Source of the DNA: Deltaproteobacteria bacterium
GTDB lineage: Bacteria > JAEEML01
Assembly (NCBI GenBank): GCA_016283195.1
Contig: JAEEML010000095.1
Location: forward strand, 1-35,427
Reading direction: 5' to 3'
Length of the DNA: 35,427 nucleotides
This document shows, piece after piece, positions 26,527 to 35,427 of the stretch (position 1 is its first letter; every line of letters starts with the position of its first letter). The position numbers were made by a program, and so were the translations under genes. Below the pieces are notes generated by a model, which had not been told where the DNA came from, made no database searches, and saw only the letters and a list, made by a program, of their open reading frames with translations.

Positions 26527-27252
26527 GTGCGAGAACAGCTGTTAAACCTCATTGAGGTACAAAAAATCGATGCCAAAATTGCCGAAATCAAGCGCTCATC
26601 CGAACAATACCCCAAACGCCTAGCATCCCAGGAAAACAAAGTAAAAGCTGCCCGTGAGCAGGTTAATCTCATCAAAAATGAGCTAGATGCTTTGCAAAAA
26701 GAGTATGAAGAGAAGGAAGGCACTTTAAAAATCGAGGAAGCCAAACTCAAAAAATGGGAAGCCCGCCTTTCGGATATCCGCAATCAACGAGAATATATTT
26801 CTCTTTCCCGCGAGGTGGAAGCCGCAAAAAGGCAAAATAAAGAAGACAGCGAGCAAATGCTGGAACTTTTGAACACCATTGAAGAGAAAAAGAAAATCCG
26901 TGATACTCTCTCTGATGATCTGGCCGTTCTGGAAGTTGATTTTGCGCAAGAAGCCACTGAATTAAAAGCTAAAATTGCTCAAATTGAAGAAGAAATCGCC
27001 GGTGAAGTCAAAGTGCGCGATGAGCTCACTAAAGCGGTGAAGCCCAATATTTTGAAAAAATATGAGATCATTCGTGATCGTAAAAAAGGTATTGCCCTGG
27101 TCGCCGCCAAAGACGGCTGCTGCAAAGGGTGCAATATGAACATTCCGCCCCAGCTTTACAATACTCTTTTGCGCATGAACAGCATTGAGCTCTGCCCCTG
27201 CTGCAACCGCATTATTTATTGGGAAGGCATTACCGAAGAAAAGAAAGATTAA
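26527..27252 (+). CDS. Coiled-coil protein with C4-type zinc ribbon (DUF164, HP0958/CT398-like)
   Basis: AAAGGAG then GTG 26527; long coiled coil with REY; CKGC...CPCCNRIIYW. Confidence 0.9.
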   Translation: MREQLLNLIEVQKIDAKIAEIKRSSEQYPKRLASQENKVKAAREQVNLIKNELDALQKEYEEKEGTLKIEEAKLKKWEARLSDIRNQREYISLSREVEAAKRQNKEDSEQMLELLNTIEEKKKIRDTLSDDLAVLEVDFAQEATELKAKIAQIEEEIAGEVKVRDELTKAVKPNILKKYEIIRDRKKGIALVAAKDGCCKGCNMNIPPQLYNTLLRMNSIELCPCCNRIIYWEGITEEKKD

Positions 27253-27306
27253 AATTCCTTCTCTTTTATCCTCTGCCCCTGCGTCTGCCGGCTATTAAAA
27301 TAGAAA

Positions 27307-28620
27307 TTACCAGAGTTTGAAATCGCGAATTACGGGCATGTGTTGCATTTGCCCGGCGGTGGAGTCTTTGGCTTTTACCGGCGATACATCTTTGAGAGAA
27401 TTAAAGGTGCGGCTATCAAAGACCAGGCCATCGTCAAAAGATTCCTCGCCGATGACGACGGCAGTTTCTTTTTGGTGCAAATAAGAGTCAACATAAACGC
27501 CGTCATAAGGTTTACTGCGCTTGATATTGGTGCCTTCATTGCCGTCCTGGTCTTCCGGATAGTCGCTTTCTTTTACCACTACTACATTATTCAGGGTTTT
27601 TAAGCATAGTGCATCGCGCGAGGTGGTATTAAAATCGCCGCCGATAACGATATAGTCGTTATCTGGCACATTGGCGGTGATATAATCCACCAGGGCGTCG
27701 GCTTCTGCCGGTTGTTTGCTGGTTTTGGTGAGAAAATGCACTGAGATAGCCCAGAGATCTTTGTCGCCGGGAATATCAATGCGCGCCCACTCAAAATGGC
27801 GATTATCAACCTGATTATCCCGCCAGGTGCCGGACTCTTTAATAGGATAACGGCTGATTATGCCATTGGGAATATCGCCGCTCAGCTTCATGGCGCCGCG
27901 ATGATAAGTAAATTCCTCCCCAAAGACACCGGCCACAAAATCATCAATATCTTTAAATGAATATTCTTTATCAAGTTCGGCAAGATAGCGAAATTCCTGG
28001 ATTAAAACTATATCCGGCTTTAGCCCCATAAAGATGCGGATACCGGGGCCGGCGTAAGATTGTTTTGAAGTACTGGTGATATTGGCCGACATAATGCGCA
28101 GAGTAACGGTGTCAAGAAGCACACATTCGCCGGTCTCACTAAGCTTATAGCCCGGCTCGCAACGGCAATAATAACCGCCGCCGCTGACTGTGCAGGTGGC
28201 TTCGGTATCGGCGCAAGGATCGGGGTCGCAAGGATTAATACATTGATTGTTTTCACAAATAAGGCCGCGCTCGCAAGAGCCACATTCATGTTTTCGGCCT
28301 GTTGCGTCAATCGCAGAACCGCAGTTAAAACCGGCAGCGGCGCAGCTTTTCCAAAAGATTTTATCGGTTGCGGCATCGGTTGCAGCGTCAGGTGGTGGAA
28401 GAGGGAGATCACTAGTGCTATCAGGCTGTGGCAATGCGTCGGATTGTCCATCGGAAGAGGAATCAAAAGCAGCATCGGTTATAGTATCGGTTATAGTATC
28501 AGGGAGGGCAACGCCAGGTGCCACAATGGGTTTATCGCTTTTCCAGCTATTCTCGGCAGGTGTAACGTCGGTGCAGGCGCCTATACAAAGTACACTCAGG
28601 AAAAGCCAGGTTTTTTTCAT
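27307..28620 (-). CDS. Lipoprotein with Cys-rich/EGF region and endonuclease/exonuclease/phosphatase (EEP) domain, paralog 1
   Basis: Lipobox IGAC; CxCEPGY EGF; SANI, PDIVLIQE, SRYPI, SVH, GGDFN, YD, QH. Confidence 0.85.
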   Translation of the reverse strand: MKKTWLFLSVLCIGACTDVTPAENSWKSDKPIVAPGVALPDTITDTITDAAFDSSSDGQSDALPQPDSTSDLPLPPPDAATDAATDKIFWKSCAAAGFNCGSAIDATGRKHECGSCERGLICENNQCINPCDPDPCADTEATCTVSGGGYYCRCEPGYKLSETGECVLLDTVTLRIMSANITSTSKQSYAGPGIRIFMGLKPDIVLIQEFRYLAELDKEYSFKDIDDFVAGVFGEEFTYHRGAMKLSGDIPNGIISRYPIKESGTWRDNQVDNRHFEWARIDIPGDKDLWAISVHFLTKTSKQPAEADALVDYITANVPDNDYIVIGGDFNTTSRDALCLKTLNNVVVVKESDYPEDQDGNEGTNIKRSKPYDGVYVDSYLHQKETAVVIGEESFDDGLVFDSRTFNSLKDVSPVKAKDSTAGQMQHMPVIRDFKLW

Positions 28621-28654
28621 GATTTACCTCTTCGCTACACGCGTTAAACCAAGA

Positions 28655-29866
28655 TCACCACAGTTTAAAGTCGCGAATAACCGCCATGTGTTGCATCTCT
28701 TTGGCATTGGAATCATTATATTGTACAGGAGCAACAGCGGAAAGCGGTTTAAATTTGCGGCTGTCAAAGACCAGGCCGCTCTCATGGGCAGTGTCACCAA
28801 CAATGGCGGCTGTTTCTTTGGCATGGAGATCTTTATCTACATAAATACCGTCGTAGGTTTTATCGCGATTGCGGTTGGTATCTTCGTTGCCGGCTTGATC
28901 ATCGGGAAATTCGCCTTTTATAGTCACCACATCGCTGAGGTAATCGTAGACATGTTCGTTTCTGGAAGAGGTGTTAAAATCACCACCGATAGCTATATAA
29001 ACATCTTTAGGAACGTTTTTCTTAATATATTCAACTAGTTCTTCTGCTTCTATTGCTCTTTGGGCTTTGTCGGTCAATAGGTGTACCGAGACGGCCCAGA
29101 GGTCTTTGTCGCCGGGGATATCAATGCGCGCCCACTCATATTGGCGGTTTTGATAACTCTCTTGAATCCATTGGCCGGATTCTTTAATGGGGTAGCGGCT
29201 GATTATGCCATTGGGAATAGCGCCGGTGCCGCGGTGAAAAGAGAACTCGGGGCCAAAGGTGTTTTTGACAAAATCAGTAATATTTTCAAAGGAAAATTCG
29301 CTATCTAAATCCTGGCGGTAATTAAATTCCTGAATCATTACGATGTCGGGTTTTAAGCCTTTAAAAATACGGATGCCCGGCCCTTGGTAGGTTTGCTGGC
29401 CGCCACTTGTAATATTGGCACTCATAAGGCGCATGATGGCGGTTTTTTGTTTGGTGCAAGTGCCGCTGCCGTTGTCTTCATAGCCCGGTTCGCAAGAACA
29501 AACATAGCCGCCGTAAGTAGAGTTACAAATTGTTTTGTTGCCAGCTGTGCAAGGGTTGGGATTGCAGGGGTTTTCACATTTGTTTGGAGTGCCTAACCCA
29601 CCGCAAACATAGGGTAAATAACAAGAACCGCAATTTATGGTGTTGCCGCAATCGTCAACTATGTCGTCACAACGGGCGCCGACACTAAGGCAGGTAACTG
29701 TTGGAGTGCAATTGGGATTGGGAGCCGGCGGCTCATCAATATCAATATCAATATCGCTTATGGTATCGGAGGGCAAATCAGGCTCGGGCGGATTAATAAA
29801 CAAACCGCAACCGGAGACTAAAAAGGACAAGCTAAATATCAGAAACCGGCCGGCGTTTTCCAACAT
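28655..29866 (-). CDS. Lipoprotein with Cys-rich/EGF region and EEP domain, paralog 2
   Basis: Lipobox VSGC; DDCGNTINCGSC repeat; same EEP motifs; identical C-terminus VIRDFKLW. Confidence 0.85.
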   Translation of the reverse strand: MLENAGRFLIFSLSFLVSGCGLFINPPEPDLPSDTISDIDIDIDEPPAPNPNCTPTVTCLSVGARCDDIVDDCGNTINCGSCYLPYVCGGLGTPNKCENPCNPNPCTAGNKTICNSTYGGYVCSCEPGYEDNGSGTCTKQKTAIMRLMSANITSGGQQTYQGPGIRIFKGLKPDIVMIQEFNYRQDLDSEFSFENITDFVKNTFGPEFSFHRGTGAIPNGIISRYPIKESGQWIQESYQNRQYEWARIDIPGDKDLWAVSVHLLTDKAQRAIEAEELVEYIKKNVPKDVYIAIGGDFNTSSRNEHVYDYLSDVVTIKGEFPDDQAGNEDTNRNRDKTYDGIYVDKDLHAKETAAIVGDTAHESGLVFDSRKFKPLSAVAPVQYNDSNAKEMQHMAVIRDFKLW

Positions 29867-29937
29867 GAGCACCCCCCACCGTTTTCACTATAAGCAAATT
29901 AGAACTTTATTGCAGCAAAAAAATTAGAAATGTGAAA

Positions 29938-31365
29938 TTAATTTTGCTTAAGACTTTGTTCCATAAGTTGCCGCAAAACCCGCTCGCGGATTTCCGGAGG
30001 GAGCTTTTGTAACTCATCGTAATTAGGGCCGTTTGTTTGAAATGATTCCGGGCGCCTGAACATGGCTTTGCCGCTATTGAAGCGCTTTAGATTATGAGCG
30101 TCCAGGCCATAAGTGCCGGGATAATCGCTACTTACGGTAATGTATAGATTATTGTCGTCTTTATCGCCTATGGTTACGCGGTGCAGGCCGTTTTTGTCTT
30201 CTATCTCCATAAAACGGCTGTTTTTGCTGATGCCCAAAGTGCCGCTCGGCCCCAAATAGCGGCTGGCTCTTAAAGCGGCCAAAGTTTTGACGGCAATTTG
30301 GGCGCTTTTTAGGTCAAAATCGCTATCGCTATTACCATCGGCCGGGGTGAAATTACCGGCGCCGTCGCTTATAAGTTCCGCCGGCTCTTCACCGCCGAAG
30401 CGCACCCTTTTTATCGAGGGAATATCCACATTAAAAAGGGTGAGATCGCGCAGCAGCGGGAGGGGCTTTTTTATTTGTTCGAGAGCGGCCTGAGGCAAAA
30501 GATAGATATCATCCTGACCTTCCACCAGAGCTTTATATTGTCCTTTGTCGTTTTGAGTGCCGATGAAGAGATTTTTAACTTTTTGGCCGAAAGATATGGC
30601 AAATGAAGCGCTGACCTCGCCGATGCTGGCGCTTTCTTCATCAATAAAATCAGCAGCTTTTAAAAGAGCTAGGCTGCGCATAAAGGCAGCGGCCCGCTGC
30701 TTATCCAGGCGGTAATTGGCATCCAAATCAGCGGCTTTTATATTAAAGGAGGAGCCATCGCGCGTAAGGGTATAAGAGGAGCCGTCAAAGCTGGCTATGA
30801 CTTTGGTTATCTCCTCCGGATTATTAGAGAAAATGTGCTTTTCGCGCCAGGATAGCTCATCGAGAGCCAGTTCATGGAGCGGCGCTTTTATACCGCGAAA
30901 GACCTCTTTGTGGCCCGGCAGACGAATAAAAACGGTGCCGTCTTTGCCCCGCTTGCCAAATATGAGCTTAAATTGCTCGGTGCCGCCGCTTAAAAGAGTC
31001 ACCGCTATGCCCTGGGTATCGCTGATTTCATAAACTTCGTGGCGGGCCGGCGAATCGGTGGTGAGCTCTCCGAATTTGGTTTCGCTAAGGGCATTTATAA
31101 GGCGCAAAATTTTTCCGCTGTCGGCTACTTTATCGAGCCCTTTAGAGCTTTTTAAATACCAGCCGGCCGTTCTTTGCTCCAAATTTATGTGGCGATCGCC
31201 TTTAGTGATATTTATGCTGTTTATGGCTCCCGGTTCAAATATCGGCATTTCGGCCAAAGTGATGCCGCGCTCGGCTTCCAGCGATTGCCTCCAAATGACA
31301 GCCAAGAGCAAAATGCCGGTAATTGCTAAGATAATTGCCAAACTTTTTTTCATTTTGCGTCCCAA
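29938..31365 (-). CDS. DUF4340 domain protein
   Basis: N-terminal TM anchor; repeated W...AD...L/D motifs; last gene of a GldAFG-like cluster. Start 31365 (TTG) or 31353 (ATG). Confidence 0.75.
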   Translation of the reverse strand: MGRKMKKSLAIILAITGILLLAVIWRQSLEAERGITLAEMPIFEPGAINSINITKGDRHINLEQRTAGWYLKSSKGLDKVADSGKILRLINALSETKFGELTTDSPARHEVYEISDTQGIAVTLLSGGTEQFKLIFGKRGKDGTVFIRLPGHKEVFRGIKAPLHELALDELSWREKHIFSNNPEEITKVIASFDGSSYTLTRDGSSFNIKAADLDANYRLDKQRAAAFMRSLALLKAADFIDEESASIGEVSASFAISFGQKVKNLFIGTQNDKGQYKALVEGQDDIYLLPQAALEQIKKPLPLLRDLTLFNVDIPSIKRVRFGGEEPAELISDGAGNFTPADGNSDSDFDLKSAQIAVKTLAALRASRYLGPSGTLGISKNSRFMEIEDKNGLHRVTIGDKDDNNLYITVSSDYPGTYGLDAHNLKRFNSGKAMFRRPESFQTNGPNYDELQKLPPEIRERVLRQLMEQSLKQN

Positions 31366-31371
31366 AGCAGT

Positions 31372-32955
31372 TTACCTCCCAGGCATAAGTTTCCGGCGTT
31401 TCTTTTCGCGCTTTTGCCAAATAATAAGGCCCAGTAAAATGAGCAGTGCCGGCCCGCCAAAGATATTACCATATTTGATAATATTGCGCTTTAAGCTCCC
31501 GATGTCTTCATTTAGAAGAGCAAAGGAGAGGCCGCGCCCGCGCATGGCCAAAAGTTCATCGTCGCCCATGAGCCAGTCAAAGGTGTTCAGTACCAGGGCG
31601 GCGCCTGATTCTTGCAATAGATCGTCTTGCACAAAATAGCTATTACCAAAAAGAGCCAGGCGGCCGGCGCCTTTTTGCGGGCCGTAAAATGAGCTAAACT
31701 CGCCGCTAATGGCCATGGCCAGCGGAATGGGTTCATGGGTGAAATTTATCTGCCTTTGACCCCAGTCCTGCACGGGGCTTAAATTGAGCTCGGCGCCGGT
31801 CTCTTTCCAGGCCTCGGCGCTGCTTTGAGCAATAACTTCGCCTTTGATATTCTGGCCAGTAAGTTTTAAGGGACTGGTAAAAGCCATGGCAATGGGCCCG
31901 AGACCGGCCGAGATGGGATTTTCCGGATAGCGCAGCAAAAGCGGCATAAAGTAGTATTTAACCGGCTGATTTATAATCAAAAAGCCTTGCCTTTTCTGGA
32001 CGCCGATACTGGCGCCCTGGGCATCGCCAACCAGGCCTTTTTCGATGGTGAGGCCGTAGTTGGCAAGAAGCGCAGTAAGGCCGTGATTGATCGGAGTGGC
32101 GCTGAAATCTTCCATATTTACATCAAAGCTGTCGAGCATAAAGGCAACGCCCTTGCCGGCGAGAATAAAGCTGTCAATGGCTTTAAGCTCCTTTTCGCTA
32201 AGAGTGTTTTTCGGCCCGATAACGGCAAGCAGGGCAATATCAGCGGGAATTTTTTCTTCTTTGGTAAGATCGATCTCGCTGAGCTCATATTGCGCCGAGA
32301 GCAAAGTAGCGAGTTTTTCGAGCCCATCCTTAGCGCTCGGCCCGTTATGGCCGTCTAAAAAGGCTACTTTCGGCGCCTCTTTGCGGGCCATTTTGCGAAT
32401 TAAGGAGGTGATATTATATTCCAATTTGCCCACATCCTGCACCACCGGCAGAATTTCGCGCTCCTCGCCGTAAATGAGCTCCAGCCCCATATAAACGCGG
32501 CGTTCTTCTACTTTGTCGTCTTCGTTTACTCTAATCACCACCGGCGGAATGCCCTTGGTTTGTAATTCCTGTTCGATTTTGCTTAGCGGGCGCAACGGCC
32601 GGCCAAAAATATCACGCCCACCGTCTTCCTCTTTGGTCTCGCCGTCTTCCACTTTCATCGGGTCGATAAACTGGTAGCGCACTTTCCCCTTGGAAATGGC
32701 ATAGTATTCATCGAGCAAATCCTTGGTATAGGTAGCGACTATACTATAGGGCGGCGGCAGTTCGGCTGTAAAATAGGCTTTTATGGTCAGCGGATCTTCC
32801 AGGCGCTCTACCACTGCCTGGCTGGCCGCCGAGGGCGTATAGCGCTTATCAAAAGTCAAATCGAGGCGGCCGGAAAAACTGGCTGCTAAAATATTTACTA
32901 AAATAACTATAATAACCACCGCCAGAGCGCTGATTTTGTTTTGCCACCCGGCCAT
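31372..32955 (-). CDS. GldG family ABC transporter auxiliary component
   Basis: RLDLTFDKRYT, FIDP, EYNITSLI, FLDGH, NTFDWL; TM helices at both ends. Confidence 0.88.
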   Translation of the reverse strand: MAGWQNKISALAVVIIVILVNILAASFSGRLDLTFDKRYTPSAASQAVVERLEDPLTIKAYFTAELPPPYSIVATYTKDLLDEYYAISKGKVRYQFIDPMKVEDGETKEEDGGRDIFGRPLRPLSKIEQELQTKGIPPVVIRVNEDDKVEERRVYMGLELIYGEEREILPVVQDVGKLEYNITSLIRKMARKEAPKVAFLDGHNGPSAKDGLEKLATLLSAQYELSEIDLTKEEKIPADIALLAVIGPKNTLSEKELKAIDSFILAGKGVAFMLDSFDVNMEDFSATPINHGLTALLANYGLTIEKGLVGDAQGASIGVQKRQGFLIINQPVKYYFMPLLLRYPENPISAGLGPIAMAFTSPLKLTGQNIKGEVIAQSSAEAWKETGAELNLSPVQDWGQRQINFTHEPIPLAMAISGEFSSFYGPQKGAGRLALFGNSYFVQDDLLQESGAALVLNTFDWLMGDDELLAMRGRGLSFALLNEDIGSLKRNIIKYGNIFGGPALLILLGLIIWQKREKKRRKLMPGR

Positions 32956-33665
32956 TAGTTATTCCTCCTTGCTTTAAGTGTGAGTACCCCCAGGTAGAGG
33001 GCCAAAAAGGCTATAGAGAGATAATAAATAATATCTTTGGTATCTATAATGCCTCTGGTAAAGTTCTCAAAATGGGTGGTTAAAGAAATATATGCCAAAA
33101 ATGAGCCTAGGCTTTCGGGCAAAAAGAAGGTAAAAGCGCCGACCAAATAAAGGGTAAAACCCAGCGCGAGGGCCAGAATAAGAGCACTTATCTGATTTTT
33201 GGCCAGCGCCGAAGCCAAAATGCCGATGGCCGCCAGAGCGAGAATGAGAGCCAGTGTGCCGACGTAGCCGCTTAATACCGGCCCAAAATCAATAACGCCG
33301 ATAGTGGCCACCGAGAGGGCATAAGGCACAGTAAAGAAGAGCCCGCAGATTAAAAGCGCGCAGGCCGATAAATACTTGCCCAAAATTATATCTCTATCTT
33401 TTAGCGGCATGGTGGCGATGAGCTCAAAGGTGCCGCTTTTGCGCTCTTCAGCCAAAAGGCGCATGGTAACGGCCGGCGAAAAGATAACCAGCATGAGAGG
33501 CATTAGAGCAAAAAAGTTGCGGAGCGAGGCTTCGCCGATGAGAAAAAAGCTGCTGAAAAAAAGCCAGCCGGTGGTGAGCAGAAAAACGGTGAGGACGATA
33601 TAAGCCACCGGTGAATGGAAAAAACCGCGAAATTCTTTGGTGGCTATAGTTATAATATTATTCAT
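32955..33665 (-). CDS. ABC-2 permease, GldF-like
   Basis: KEFRGFFHSPVAY, TMRLLAEERKSGT-ELI, GKY, RGIIDTKDIIYY. Confidence 0.9.
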   Translation of the reverse strand: MNNIITIATKEFRGFFHSPVAYIVLTVFLLTTGWLFFSSFFLIGEASLRNFFALMPLMLVIFSPAVTMRLLAEERKSGTFELIATMPLKDRDIILGKYLSACALLICGLFFTVPYALSVATIGVIDFGPVLSGYVGTLALILALAAIGILASALAKNQISALILALALGFTLYLVGAFTFFLPESLGSFLAYISLTTHFENFTRGIIDTKDIIYYLSIAFLALYLGVLTLKARRNN

Positions 33666-34638
33666 GATTTTCCTCTTTGCTCGCTTTTTCGTCCAAAGTG
33701 AGATGGCGGAAGGTTTCTTCCAAAGAGAGCTGCTTTAAGGAGAGATGCATCAGGTATAAATCATTTTCTATGAGCGCTTTTAAAAGATAAGGACGCACAT
33801 CCTGGCTGCTGTGCACCATAAAATAGCTGGTATTATCTTCATCGCGCAGCGGTGTAACTTTCAAAATGCCGTTTAGAGATTGCAAAACTTTCAGGGCTTT
33901 TTCTTTATCCGGCAGAGAACCGCCAGCGGCGCTCAAAGCAATTAAAAGACCGCTGCTGCCTTGTGCTTCGATGAGGTTTTCCGGCGTATCATCGGCTACC
34001 AGAATGCCTTTATTAATAATTATCACCCGATTGCAGGTGGCCTCCACCTCAGGCAGAATATGGGTGGAGAGAATAATGGTCTTTTCCTCGCCCAGTTTGC
34101 GGATAAGAGCTCTTATATCCACAATTTGGTTGGGGTCCAGCCCCGATGTCGGCTCATCGAGAATCAAAATGGGCGGATCATGAATAATGGCCTGGGCAAG
34201 CCCCACCCGCTGACGATAACCTTTGGAGAGAGTGCCGATATCCTTGCCCAAAACGCCTTCAATGCCGCAAACTTTGATAACTGTTTCTTTGCGCTTTTGG
34301 GCTTTGGGGCCGGAAAGATGGCGCAGGCGGGCGGCAAAATCCAAAAATTCATCCACCATCATTTCATCATAAAGCGGAGCATTTTCCGGTAAATAACCTA
34401 TTAAGGCTTTGGTGGCGGTGCTCTCGCCCGTTACCTCCTGGCCATTCACCAAAACGCGCCCGGCCGAAGGAGCCAAAAAGCCGGTGATAAGTTTCATAGT
34501 GGTGGTTTTCCCGGCGCCGTTGGGCCCCAAAAAGCCCACTATTTCTCCGCGCTTTACTTTGAAAGAGACATCTTTAAGAGCGGTAAAAGAGCCGTATTTT
34601 TTTGAGCAATTTTCCACCGCTATCATTTCTTCGCTCAC
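33658..34638 (-). CDS. ABC transporter ATP-binding protein, GldA-like
   Basis: GPNGAGKTT, LSKGYRQRVGLA, LDEPTSGLDPNQ, STHIL. Confidence 0.93.
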   Translation of the reverse strand: MSEEMIAVENCSKKYGSFTALKDVSFKVKRGEIVGFLGPNGAGKTTTMKLITGFLAPSAGRVLVNGQEVTGESTATKALIGYLPENAPLYDEMMVDEFLDFAARLRHLSGPKAQKRKETVIKVCGIEGVLGKDIGTLSKGYRQRVGLAQAIIHDPPILILDEPTSGLDPNQIVDIRALIRKLGEEKTIILSTHILPEVEATCNRVIIINKGILVADDTPENLIEAQGSSGLLIALSAAGGSLPDKEKALKVLQSLNGILKVTPLRDEDNTSYFMVHSSQDVRPYLLKALIENDLYLMHLSLKQLSLEETFRHLTLDEKASKEENHE

Positions 34639-34839
34639 AATATTTACCTCCAGTTCGCCTGTTTTTCGCTAAAAAACTGGCGACATTCCATAACAAGTGA
34701 GCCGGAAAAATTATTTCATAAAGAAAAAAGATAAATTCGCTTGCCTTATCTCCGTCTTTTTAGTATTCCCCTAAAATGGTTTATCGGGAAAAGGACCCGA
34801 TATGATTCAGAGCGGCACATTAGTCGGAGGTATGGCATA

Positions 34840-35319
34840 ATGAACTCACATATGGTGATGTTCGAGGAAGAGTTCAAGCAAATTACCGTCGTCTGTGAGC
34901 GGTTGACAAAAGAGGCCAATGCCAAAGTAGTCTTTTTGGTTGATAAAAACGGCCAACTTATTGCCAGCGCCGGCGAGACGGACAATCTTGATACTACTTC
35001 GCTCGCGTCTTTAACTGCTGGAAACATTGCGGCCACCGGTGGCCTCGCCAAATTACTCGGCGAAAAAGAATTCAGTATTCTTTTCCATGAAGGCGAGAAG
35101 GATAATTTACACATTTCCATTGTCGCCTCGCGGGTGATTTTGGTGGTCATTTTTGATGATCGTTCCAGTCTGGGCCTCGTGCGTCTCAGAGTCAAAAAAG
35201 CCAGTGAAGAATTGGCCAGAATATTTGACTCGCTCTCCCAAAAGGTTGAAGATCCGTCCAATGGCACACCTTTTGCCGAGATTACCGATGACGATATCGA
35301 TAGCTTATTTAGTGAATAA
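34840..35319 (+). CDS. mglB: Roadblock/LC7 GTPase-activating protein MglB
   Basis: GGAGG then ATG 34840; FLVDKNGQLI, DTTSLASLTAGN, SLGLVRLR, C-terminal PFAEITDDDIDSLFSE; directly upstream of mglA. Confidence 0.96.
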   Translation: MNSHMVMFEEEFKQITVVCERLTKEANAKVVFLVDKNGQLIASAGETDNLDTTSLASLTAGNIAATGGLAKLLGEKEFSILFHEGEKDNLHISIVASRVILVVIFDDRSSLGLVRLRVKKASEELARIFDSLSQKVEDPSNGTPFAEITDDDIDSLFSE

Positions 35320-35345
35320 CCAGCGGAAAATAGGACTCTAGTACT

Positions 35346-35427
35346 ATGTCGTTTATCAACTATAGCTCCAGAGAAATTAACTGCAAAATTGTTTACTACG
35401 GGCCGGGTCTTTGCGGCAAAACCACAA
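35346..35427 (+). CDS. mglA: Ras-like GTPase MglA (5' part, truncated by window edge; not in ORF track)
   Basis: Translates as [27 protein letters not shown], the myxobacterial MglA N-terminus with G1 P-loop. Confidence 0.96.
   Translation, partial: MSFINYSSREINCKIVYYGPGLCGKTT

Overview
Densely coding bacterial chromosome segment, about 45-50% GC by eye. It carries strong Myxococcota signatures: mglB-mglA, a MYXO-CTERM-type tail, a DUF2378/TIGR02265 protein and a REC-DUF4388-TPR regulator. Most of the window is core genes (ispG, prfB, tatA, folD, manC, dnaA, infA, mutM, queF, trxB, tRNA-Ile2, a GldAFG-like ABC system). The first ~2.5 kb is a small accessory region. It holds the tail of an Rpn/PD-(D/E)XK protein, a collagen/EGF/FISUMP lipoprotein and an AT-rich antitoxin-VapC pair. 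The pair sits between two ~95-bp direct repeats 1024 bp apart; each repeat contains a perfect 16-bp palindrome inside a leftward promoter-like element placed at almost the same distance from an RBS+ATG. Other oddities: prfB lacks its programmed frameshift; dnaA is followed by an orphan oleC-like gene instead of dnaN; a GH25 lysozyme has two anchoring signals; there are tandem Cys-rich EEP nuclease lipoproteins and a D-to-E pseudo-receiver with a long low-complexity linker. All calls come from motif recognition by eye; no searches were run.
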